Source: Nitrospirota bacterium (lineage in GTDB: Bacteria > Nitrospirota > Thermodesulfovibrionia > UBA6902). From it: DNA of 52,960 bases. The translations under genes were made by a program, and so were the position numbers. Below, one piece after another: positions 45,622 to 52,960 of this stretch. The notes below the pieces were generated by a model, which had not been told where the DNA came from, searched no databases, and saw only the letters and a program-made list of their open reading frames with translations. Every line of letters starts with the position of its first letter. The stretch's first letter is position 1. Location: the NCBI GenBank assembly GCA_040758255.1, contig JBFLVX010000002.1, positions 1 to 52,960 on the forward strand, in the 5' to 3' direction.

Positions 45622-46113
45622 ATGGCTTTCAGAGATAAACTCAGAGCGATCATTAAGGTAAAAGATACGCCTCATCAAATCGCGCTCTCTTTTGCCCTTG
45701 GGGTATTTATGGGGAACTCCCCTTTTCTCGGCCTTCACTATATAGGCGGTATTTTTTTAGCGTGGCTTTTCCGTCTGAATAAATTAGTCGCTTTCGCAGG
45801 TGTAAGCGTAAATAACCCCTGGACTATTGTGCCGATATCAACATTATCTGTATGGATTGGAGCAAAACTTCTTGCAATAGAAGAGGTCTTGCCGGAAGTT
45901 GACTGGAATGGCACGACCTTCACTACAGTCATGTCATGGCTGAAAAGCCTGATAACGGATTCTGACAACTTTATAAATCTTATAGTTGACCTGATGCCGC
46001 TGATCAAGTCTTTTTTTGTCGGCTCGCTTTTTTTCTGCACCATTTCATCCATTGCAACTTACTTTATAATCAAGCCATTAGTGGCGAGATACAAAAGCCG
46101 GAATGCCGCATAA
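45622..46113 (+). CDS. DUF2062-like membrane protein
   Basis: TPHQIALSFALGVFMGNSPFLGLH motif plus TM segments. Confidence 0.65.
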   Translation: MAFRDKLRAIIKVKDTPHQIALSFALGVFMGNSPFLGLHYIGGIFLAWLFRLNKLVAFAGVSVNNPWTIVPISTLSVWIGAKLLAIEEVLPEVDWNGTTFTTVMSWLKSLITDSDNFINLIVDLMPLIKSFFVGSLFFCTISSIATYFIIKPLVARYKSRNAA

Positions 46114-46951
46114 GCTGACTAAAATACATGTCATACTTTTTATTCTTACTGTTATAACTACCACGCTTGCCGGGGCCATGCTCAGCGGGGTAATACCGTG
46201 GGAAACTCCAGAAAAGATATATCTCGGCCTGCGTTTCTCTCTGCCCCTCCTCCTCATCCTTCTGGTACACGAGTTCTCGCACTACCTTATGTCCCGCAAG
46301 CATCATGTGTCAGCATCGCTTCCCTATTTCATCCCCGCTCCACCTCCATTCATAATAGGCACCTTCGGCGCTATCATAAAGATGAAGCCGCCCATATTTG
46401 ACAGGCGCGCGCTGATAGACATAGGAGCTTCCGGTCCGATAGGGGGCTTTGTTGTTGCGATCATTGCCGCAATCGTAGGGCTCAGCTACTCAGATATGGT
46501 GCCCCTGCAAGAGTTACAGAAGACCGAAAAAAGTTTATCTTTGGGAAATTCCATCCTCTTTTATCTCCTTGCCAAGATAGTCTTAAATATTGACCCTGCA
46601 AAATATGACATAGTCCTTCATCCTGTTGCCTTTGCCGGATGGATCGGTTTCCTGGTGACATCCCTCAACCTGCTGCCGATAGGGCAATTGGATGGCGGGC
46701 ATATTATTTATGCCTTGTTCGGCGAAAGACACGAATGGATCGCAAAAGCTACCATACCTCTCTTAATTTTATTAGGCATCATATTCTGGGAAGGCTGGCT
46801 TATATGGGCATTTCTTATGATCTTGATCGGCTATGAACATCCGCCTGTAGTATATCCGCAGATACAGCTTGACAGAAAAAGAAGGGTCATCGGATGGGCT
46901 GCCCTTCTGATCTTTATACTTACCTTTACCCCAATGCCTTTTGCGGCATAA
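46103..46951 (+). CDS. site-2 protease family (M50) membrane metalloprotease
   Basis: HEFSHY zinc motif in a TM segment and a downstream LPIGQLDGGH motif. Confidence 0.8.
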   Translation: MPHKLTKIHVILFILTVITTTLAGAMLSGVIPWETPEKIYLGLRFSLPLLLILLVHEFSHYLMSRKHHVSASLPYFIPAPPPFIIGTFGAIIKMKPPIFDRRALIDIGASGPIGGFVVAIIAAIVGLSYSDMVPLQELQKTEKSLSLGNSILFYLLAKIVLNIDPAKYDIVLHPVAFAGWIGFLVTSLNLLPIGQLDGGHIIYALFGERHEWIAKATIPLLILLGIIFWEGWLIWAFLMILIGYEHPPVVYPQIQLDRKRRVIGWAALLIFILTFTPMPFAA

Positions 46952-46980
46952 CTATGGATGCCCTATCAATGAACAAAAAC

Positions 46981-47025
46981 AAGAAGCCTCCTGCGGCGTC
47001 ATTGCAACAGCCGAGGAGGCTTTCT
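46981..47025. terminator. hairpin between convergent genes
   Basis: GAAGCCTCCT ... AGGAGGCTTTC stem with a 21-nt loop. Confidence 0.45.
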
Positions 47026-47067
47026 TGCCGGTAATTCAACTACGTTTTAGGTTCGTCTGTCTTTTCT

Positions 47068-47442
47068 TTAGCTGCCAGATTTTGCAGGAACAGTTTTAAT
47101 CATTATGCTCTTTGCCGTGTTTTTACCGTCAGACTCGGTATACTTTACAGTAACTTTTTCACCGGCTTTTAAGTCTGCAAGTGTCTTTGTCTCTCTTCCC
47201 GCCGTTATCTTTGTCTTATCATCAACGGAAAGAGTGACATCGCCTTTTCTGCCTTTTACGGTGAATGTCTTTGCGGCTGCATCAAGCACAGCAATTTCAC
47301 CGGTTACCTGCACACGTTTTGCCGCTTCTTTCTGTTCAACCGCCGGAGTAGCTGCTGCCTCCTTATTCTCTTCTGCAAATGAGGCACTCGTTAGGGCAAA
47401 AACAAAAATCAAAGAAAGTACAACTGACAATATTTTCTTCAT
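47068..47442 (-). CDS. small secreted protein, function unknown
   Basis: Signal peptide MKKILSVVLSLIFVFALTSASFA, followed by a Lys/Thr-rich beta-type sequence. Confidence 0.6.
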   Translation of the reverse strand: MKKILSVVLSLIFVFALTSASFAEENKEAAATPAVEQKEAAKRVQVTGEIAVLDAAAKTFTVKGRKGDVTLSVDDKTKITAGRETKTLADLKAGEKVTVKYTESDGKNTAKSIMIKTVPAKSGS

Positions 47443-47472
47443 TCAGAATCACCTCCTTTCTTTTGTTTAGGG

Positions 47473-47754
47473 TTAGAAAAGATGTCGCATCCCTCTTTCT
47501 TTAGCGAAATTTCTGATTATCATAAGCGAACTGTGAAGCCTCTGAAGCCTTATATTCCTTGCCCTTATCAGATTAATATTTCCATGCGGGAACTTTTCTC
47601 CCCGTATCTCGGTCTGGACTTTGACAATCTGTCTGTAAATTCCATCCAGCGATTCAGCGTCAAGCGGTTTCAGGAATATGGGGTTTACAGTTACATAACC
47701 TTCCGCAATATCCCTTGCAACAGCGGTTAGACTCTTGCCTCTTAACGTAATCAT
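47473..47754 (-). CDS. hypothetical protein (93 aa)
   Basis: ORF directly downstream of tatC with no recognizable motif. Confidence 0.35.
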   Translation of the reverse strand: MITLRGKSLTAVARDIAEGYVTVNPIFLKPLDAESLDGIYRQIVKVQTEIRGEKFPHGNINLIRARNIRLQRLHSSLMIIRNFAKERGMRHLF

Positions 47755-47765
47755 ATTTTTTTATT

Positions 47766-48533
47766 TTAACTTGATTTTTTCCCGCCCATAATCTTTGACG
47801 CTATTATTCCAACTTCATACAGCAAAATTATGGGGACCGCCATAAGCGTCTGATTGAATGCGTCCGGTGTAGGCGTAAGCACAGCGGCGATGACAAAGGC
47901 GATAAGCACGGCATATTTCCTGTTTTTTGAGAGAAATTCCGTTGTCACAATGCCCATCCTTGTAAGAAAGACAAGCACGACCGGCAGTTCAAACACAACC
48001 CCGAACGCAAGGATAAATTTAAGACAGAAATCCATGTAGTTGCCGACTGAGAGCATCGGTTTTATATTTTCAGTCTTGTAAGTGAGAAGAAAGTTCATTG
48101 CCAATGGGAGCACAACAATAAAACAGAAGAGCGCTCCGGTTAAAAAGAGGAAAGTTGAAATAATGATAAACGGCAGGGCATATCTTTTTTCCTTCTGTAA
48201 CAGGCCGGGCGAGACAAATTTCCAGACTTCGTAAAAAATAACAGGCGAGGTTATTATTATCCCGCTTACAAAAGATATCTTAAAGTGCATCCAAAGCGCT
48301 TCTGCCGGTGCAAGGAATACAAGATTTAAAGCCGGGGTTTCCGAAGCCTGATAACTGATAAACGGTTTCTCCAGAGAAAATTTCAGCACTGCGCGTATCG
48401 GCAGGGTCAGCATATGAAATATCTGCTCTGAGAAATAAAAACAGGCTCCAAATGCGATGAGCACTGTAATTAAGGAGACAAAGAGTCTCTTTCTCAGTTC
48501 GCCCAGATGTTCTGTAATGGGCTGCTTATCCAT
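47766..48533 (-). CDS. tatC: twin-arginine translocase subunit TatC
   Basis: ITEHLGELRKRLF start region and six TM helices. I prefer the start at MDKQPITEHL (48533), which overlaps the tatA stop by 8 nt. Confidence 0.9.
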   Translation of the reverse strand: MDKQPITEHLGELRKRLFVSLITVLIAFGACFYFSEQIFHMLTLPIRAVLKFSLEKPFISYQASETPALNLVFLAPAEALWMHFKISFVSGIIITSPVIFYEVWKFVSPGLLQKEKRYALPFIIISTFLFLTGALFCFIVVLPLAMNFLLTYKTENIKPMLSVGNYMDFCLKFILAFGVVFELPVVLVFLTRMGIVTTEFLSKNRKYAVLIAFVIAAVLTPTPDAFNQTLMAVPIILLYEVGIIASKIMGGKKSS

Positions 48534-48864
48534 CCTTCTCGGTCTCTGATTCTGCTTTATTCTCGGCGCTGGCAGCGATGCCTCCACCCTCTTCTGCCGT
48601 CTTTTCCGGCCCCGGCCTTTTCTCTTCTTTATTATTTGTATCCAGCGGGCTTCCTTTTATCAGGCTCTCCTTTATGCTCTCCTTCAAATCCCCTGAAAAA
48701 CCTGTCTCCTTCTCCAGAGTATCCTTGACGCCAAGCATTGCGGACTTGAGTTCCCTGATCCCTTTTCCAAGTGTCTTTGCCAGTTCAGGGAGCTTTTTCG
48801 GCCCAAAGACAAGGAGGGCGACGATAAAGATTATGATAATTTCCTGAGTGCCTATATCAAACAT
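48526..48864 (-). CDS. tatA: TatA/TatB-family translocase subunit
   Basis: IIIIFIVALLVFGPKKLPELAKTLGKGIRELK. Confidence 0.85.
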   Translation of the reverse strand: MFDIGTQEIIIIFIVALLVFGPKKLPELAKTLGKGIRELKSAMLGVKDTLEKETGFSGDLKESIKESLIKGSPLDTNNKEEKRPGPEKTAEEGGGIAASAENKAESETEKDG

Positions 48865-49016
48865 TTTGCAATATCCTATTTGGAGAGTGTGAAATTAATA
48901 TGAATTATACAATAAATTCAGCAAAGGAGATATTTCATGAACATTTATCTTGACGTTATCTTGGGATTTGCCATAAACTTTAGAATCACCAATAAACTTA
49001 CATTACAGGGGGAAAT

Positions 49017-49895
49017 ATGTTCAAGGGTTCAATAGTCGCGATAGTCACGCCGTTTAAGAATAATAAAGTGGATGAGAAGGCGATGGGTGACCTGATCGAG
49101 TGGCATATTGCCGAAGGCACCAACGCCATTGTGCCGTGCGGAACTACAGGAGAGTCAGCCACGCTGGAGTATGACGAACATTACAGGGTCATAGAGCATA
49201 CAATTAAGGTCGTCAACGGCAGGGTGCCTGTTATTGCAGGGACAGGGGCAAATTCAACGGATGAGACAATAATGATGACCCGGAAGGCAAAGGAGCTTGG
49301 CGCTGACGGAGCTCTTCTGGTTGCGCCGTACTACAATAAGCCCACGCAGGAAGGCCTCTACAGGCATTACAAGAAGGTAGCGGAAGAAGTGGATATTCCG
49401 ATAGTGCTTTATAATGTTCCGGGCCGAACGGCTGTGAATATGCTTCCTGAAACGGTCGCAAGGCTTATGGAGGCAGAGAATATCGTGGCTATTAAGGAGG
49501 CTACAGGAAATATGGCTCAGGTGAGCGATGTCCTGCGGCTCTGCGGTGAGAGGATAACGGTGATCTCCGGTGATGACTTTACCACATTTACATTGATGGC
49601 GCTTGGCGGGAAAGGCGTAATATCTGTTTCAGCCAATGTTGCTCCTCGGGATGTATCGGAGATGTGCGGCGCATATGAGAAGGGAGATATTGATAAGGCG
49701 AGGAGCCTGCACTTTAAACTTGAGCCCCTGAACAAGGCGATGTTCATAGAGACGAACCCTATCCCGGCAAAAACATCCCTGAGCATGATGGGAAAGATAG
49801 AAGAGGAATTCAGGCTGCCGCTCTGCCCGATGAGCGATGAAAATAAGGGTAAGCTGAGAAAAGTCCTTATAAATTACGGCGTAGCTCTGAAATAA
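49017..49895 (+). CDS. dapA: 4-hydroxy-tetrahydrodipicolinate synthase
   Basis: GSIVAIVTPF, GTTGES and YNVPGRT motifs, and the catalytic Lys region VAIKEA. Confidence 0.95.
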   Translation: MFKGSIVAIVTPFKNNKVDEKAMGDLIEWHIAEGTNAIVPCGTTGESATLEYDEHYRVIEHTIKVVNGRVPVIAGTGANSTDETIMMTRKAKELGADGALLVAPYYNKPTQEGLYRHYKKVAEEVDIPIVLYNVPGRTAVNMLPETVARLMEAENIVAIKEATGNMAQVSDVLRLCGERITVISGDDFTTFTLMALGGKGVISVSANVAPRDVSEMCGAYEKGDIDKARSLHFKLEPLNKAMFIETNPIPAKTSLSMMGKIEEEFRLPLCPMSDENKGKLRKVLINYGVALK

Positions 49896-50449
49896 AAACA
49901 TTAAGGCGGTATTTTGCTTGAAATCAAAACATCTTCTGTTTTAAAATATAACCAAGGCAAAACTCCTGCCTTGCCCGTGATAGGAGGGGGAAAACTTGTT
50001 CCGACAATTAGAAAATTATGGGAGCCGGATTTTGGCAAGTGTGAGCGGCCCGAAATTTCGGGAGAGCAAGCCTAATCTTGTCGTTGAGGCGCCCACCTGT
50101 GAAAACAGGGATACAAGTTTTTCTTCTACACGGCAAGGTGGGTATATTTATCTCGCGGCTGCGGGACTCTGTTTAATGTTTTTTGCTTTGACAGTTAAGG
50201 TTCTTCGGGAATGGATAATCATAAAGATAACAACAAAATTTCACAACTTAGTAAAAAGCGCTTTATCTTTTATCATCTTACATGAAACTTTAAATGTAAG
50301 AGATTATTCAGGCTGGGTTTATTGCACAGGCTCAGGCATGTCATATAAACCTGCCTTGCCTCCCGTATAAAAACCTTTCTGTCATAATCCATTTTAAGTT
50401 ACGCAGCCCGCACAAGTGAGGAGGCCAGGGGAATACCCCTGAGGCGTAA

Positions 50450-51715
50450 ATGGAATTATTCAAGACAGACAGAAAGGCTCCCCTTGCATGGAGGATGCAG
50501 CCTCATTCCTTAGAGGAATTTGTCGGCCAGCCGCATATACTCGGAGAAGGAAAACCCTTAAGAGAGGCTATAGAGAGAGACTCGATAGTATCTCTTATCC
50601 TCTACGGCCCTCCCGGCACAGGAAAGACCGCAATTGCCCGCATAATTGCCGGCAGGACACAGGCGCTTTTTATATCCATTAATGCGGTGACTTCCGGAAT
50701 CGGGGATATAAAGGATGCCTTAAAAGAGGCCGGCAAGGCAGACCGGACTATCCTCTTTGTTGACGAGATCCACAGGTTCAACAAACTCCAGCAGGATGCG
50801 CTGCTGCCTGATGTTGAAAACGGGAATGTAACTCTTATCGGCGCATCCACCCAAAACCCTTTCTTCTCAATAATCCCGGCCTTATCTTCGAGGTCTCTCT
50901 TGTTTCAGTTTTTTCCCTTAAGCAAATCCGAGATTAAAACTCTGCTTGAGAGAGCGTTAAAAGATAATGACAAAGGGGTCGGCGGGCTAAATATAAAGAT
51001 AGAACCTGACGCCATGGATTTTATTGCAACAGCCTCTGAGGGCGATGCAAGAAAGGCGTTTAATATACTTGAACTCGGAGCCTTTATAATTAAAAGCTCA
51101 AACCGCGCAGCTTACGATATTGAACTGGCAAAAGAGGTTCTACAGAAAAAATCAATATATTACAGCGAAGATGAGCATTACGACACCATCTCGGCATTCA
51201 TAAAAAGCATGCGAGGCAGTGATCCTGACGCGGCACTTTACTGGCTGGCAAAGATGATAGAGGCTGATGAAGACCCGATGTTTATAGCGCGGAGGATCGT
51301 AATCTGCGCCTCTGAAGATGTCGGTAATGCAGACCCAAGGGCGCTGTATATGGCAGTCGCGGCAATGCACGCGGTTGAATTAGTAGGGATGCCGGAGGGC
51401 CGCATACCTCTGGCGCAGGCCGTGATATACATCGCGATGGCTCCGAAGAGCAACGCTTCATACACCGGCATTGAGAACGCCCTTTCTGAAGTGAGGCAGG
51501 AGAGGCTTGAACAGGTGCCGGCGCATCTGAAGGGCACAGGCTACAGCGGGGCAGCGCGTCTTGGAGCAGGCATTGGTTACAAGTACCCTCATAATTACGA
51601 CGGACATTTTGTTGAGCAGAAATACGTTAACAAGAGCAAAACCTTCTTCTTTCCATCAGGAGAAGGTTTTGAAAAATCATTCAAGGACAAGTTAAATCAA
51701 AGGAGGAACAAATAA
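50450..51715 (+). CDS. rarA: replication-associated recombination protein A (AAA ATPase)
   Basis: Walker A GPPGTGKT, Walker [12 protein letters not shown] and the MgsA C-terminal region [17 protein letters not shown]. Confidence 0.9.
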   Translation: MELFKTDRKAPLAWRMQPHSLEEFVGQPHILGEGKPLREAIERDSIVSLILYGPPGTGKTAIARIIAGRTQALFISINAVTSGIGDIKDALKEAGKADRTILFVDEIHRFNKLQQDALLPDVENGNVTLIGASTQNPFFSIIPALSSRSLLFQFFPLSKSEIKTLLERALKDNDKGVGGLNIKIEPDAMDFIATASEGDARKAFNILELGAFIIKSSNRAAYDIELAKEVLQKKSIYYSEDEHYDTISAFIKSMRGSDPDAALYWLAKMIEADEDPMFIARRIVICASEDVGNADPRALYMAVAAMHAVELVGMPEGRIPLAQAVIYIAMAPKSNASYTGIENALSEVRQERLEQVPAHLKGTGYSGAARLGAGIGYKYPHNYDGHFVEQKYVNKSKTFFFPSGEGFEKSFKDKLNQRRNK

Positions 51716-52960
51716 TGAACAACTACCTGTATCTCTTTCTTCTCTTGATCGCCGGCTCTGTAATAGGTTTCGTCCTCTCAGCCTTATACTTCAAAGTCAG
51801 CGCGAGTAAAAAGATAAGTGAATTGGAGAATAAGTCTGTAAAGCTTCTGGAAGACGCAAAAAAAGAAGCGGAGAACATCAAGAAGGAGACCCTTCTTGAG
51901 GCCAAAGATATCAGTCTGCGTTCAAAGTCAGAAGCTGACAGAGAGATGAAAGAACGGCGTTTGGAGCTTGCCCAGCTTGAGAAGAGGCTGCGCCACAGAG
52001 AAGAGATGTTTGATAAGAAGTTAGAGCAAATTGATAAAAAAGAGTACCTTTTCAATAAAAGAGAGAAGGAGATCAGCAGACGGGAAAAGGGGCTGAATGA
52101 TAAAGAACTGCAAATTGAGAACTTAATCATAGAACAGACCTCTTCGCTTGAACGGGTCTCAGGGCTGAGCGCTGAGGATGCAAAAGCAGAGCTTTTGAAA
52201 AAGGTTGAGAGCGAAGCAAGGTTTGAGGCTGCAAAAGTGGCAAAACGCATTGAAGATGAAACGATGGAGGCTTCCGACAAAAAATGCAAGCACATCTTAA
52301 GCACAGCCATTCAGCGTTATGCAAGCGATTACGTCAGTGAAAACACCATATCTTCAGTAAGCCTGCCAAGCGATGAGATGAAGGGCAGGATAATCGGGAG
52401 AGAGGGCAGAAACATAAGGGCGCTTGAGGCCGCAACAGGAGTTGAGTTTGTAATAGACGACACCCCTGAGACCGTCCTTATCTCATGTTTTGATGCGGTA
52501 AGAAGAGAGATAGCAAGGATCTCTCTTGAACGCCTTATCAGCGATGGGAGGATACACCCCGCAAGGATTGAAGAGATAGCTGCAAAGGTCAAGAAAGAGA
52601 TTAACGCCACAATAAAGGAAGAAGGGGAGAAAGCGGTTTTTGACCTTGGGCTTCATGGAATACATCCGGAAATCATAAAACTTATAGGAAGGCTCAAATA
52701 CAGGACCTCTTACGGACAGAATGTACTTCAGCATTCGAAAGAAGTGGCGCATCTGGCAGGCCTTATGGCCGCAGAACTCGGCGTGGATATAAAACTTGCG
52801 ATAAGAGCCGGTATCCTTCATGACATAGGCAAAGCCATTGATCATGAGGTTGAAGGCTCTCATCAGGCGATAGGCGCGGATATGGCCAGAAAGCACGGGG
52901 AAAACAACAAGGTAGTTAATGCCATTGCCGTCCATCATGGAGAGGGGGATGCGATTACAA
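51715..52960 (+). CDS. rny: ribonuclease Y, 3' end runs off the window
   Basis: Absent from the ORF track because it is open-ended. My translation is [20 protein letters not shown] (TM), a coiled-coil region, the KH motif [15 protein letters not shown], and the HD domain LHDIGKA. The ATG overlaps the rarA stop (TAATG). Confidence 0.9.
   Translation, partial: MNNYLYLFLLLIAGSVIGFVLSALYFKVSASKKISELENKSVKLLEDAKKEAENIKKETLLEAKDISLRSKSEADREMKERRLELAQLEKRLRHREEMFDKKLEQIDKKEYLFNKREKEISRREKGLNDKELQIENLIIEQTSSLERVSGLSAEDAKAELLKKVESEARFEAAKVAKRIEDETMEASDKKCKHILSTAIQRYASDYVSENTISSVSLPSDEMKGRIIGREGRNIRALEAATGVEFVIDDTPETVLISCFDAVRREIARISLERLISDGRIHPARIEEIAAKVKKEINATIKEEGEKAVFDLGLHGIHPEIIKLIGRLKYRTSYGQNVLQHSKEVAHLAGLMAAELGVDIKLAIRAGILHDIGKAIDHEVEGSHQAIGADMARKHGENNKVVNAIAVHHGEGDAIT

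Noticed and set aside
49996-50370. 124-aa plus-strand ORF in the dapA-rarA gap
   Set aside because: It has a TTG start without a convincing RBS, an odd composition and no motif. I treated the region as non-coding, but it remains unresolved.
49896-50449. tmRNA, RNase P RNA, SRP RNA or 6S RNA in the large gap
   Set aside because: I looked for GGATTCGAC-type tmRNA 5' sequence, GGAAAGTCCGGGC (RNase P) and GGAAGCAGCC (SRP) on both strands and found none. I cannot exclude 6S RNA or another RNA without a covariance-model scan.
1-52960. CRISPR arrays, tRNA/rRNA genes, integrases, transposases and IS terminal repeats
   Set aside because: I saw no regularly spaced repeats of CRISPR length. No GTTCGAATC-type T-arm appears in any intergenic region. 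No ORF has recombinase or DDE motifs. The insertions described are therefore recombinase-less within this window.

Overview
This is a bacterial chromosomal window. I found no rRNA, tRNA, CRISPR array, integrase or transposase. The organism is a dissimilatory sulfite/sulfate reducer, with dsrA-dsrB-dsrD-dsrN on the minus strand at 16.3-20.7 kb. The left 8 kb holds what I consider the most interesting system. It is a sigma-54-driven operon (heptaheme cytochrome c, FdnI/HydC-like cytochrome b, nonaheme cytochrome c lipoprotein) followed by a sensor kinase with a CxxCH heme-c motif in its periplasmic domain and an NtrC-type activator. A near-identical sigma-54 promoter, with the same paired TTTGCA-N4-TGCAAA enhancer at the same spacing, also precedes three tandem paralogous glycine-rich small membrane proteins of unknown function. 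The rest is housekeeping: a DHH-CBS-CCA enzyme, GT2 plus B12 radical SAM, mutL-miaA-hfq, NUDIX, an SbcCD/YhaON-like pair, galU, lon, thiL, an M50 protease, tatA/tatC, dapA, rarA and rny. These genes are interrupted by small accessory islets. The islets carry four toxin-antitoxin modules (YafQ/DinJ, two VapBC, one RelE/HigB-like plus XRE), a PD-(D/E)xK nuclease islet, and a DUF3800-like plus DUF1016 pair. Two islets are bracketed by diverged duplicate copies of the 3' end of the adjacent gene (dsrN twice, NUDIX once). The longer dsrN remnant differs from the resident gene only at synonymous positions, which suggests insertion or recombination of DNA from a related lineage at gene tails. All functional calls come from reading motifs in the translated ORFs, not from database searches.
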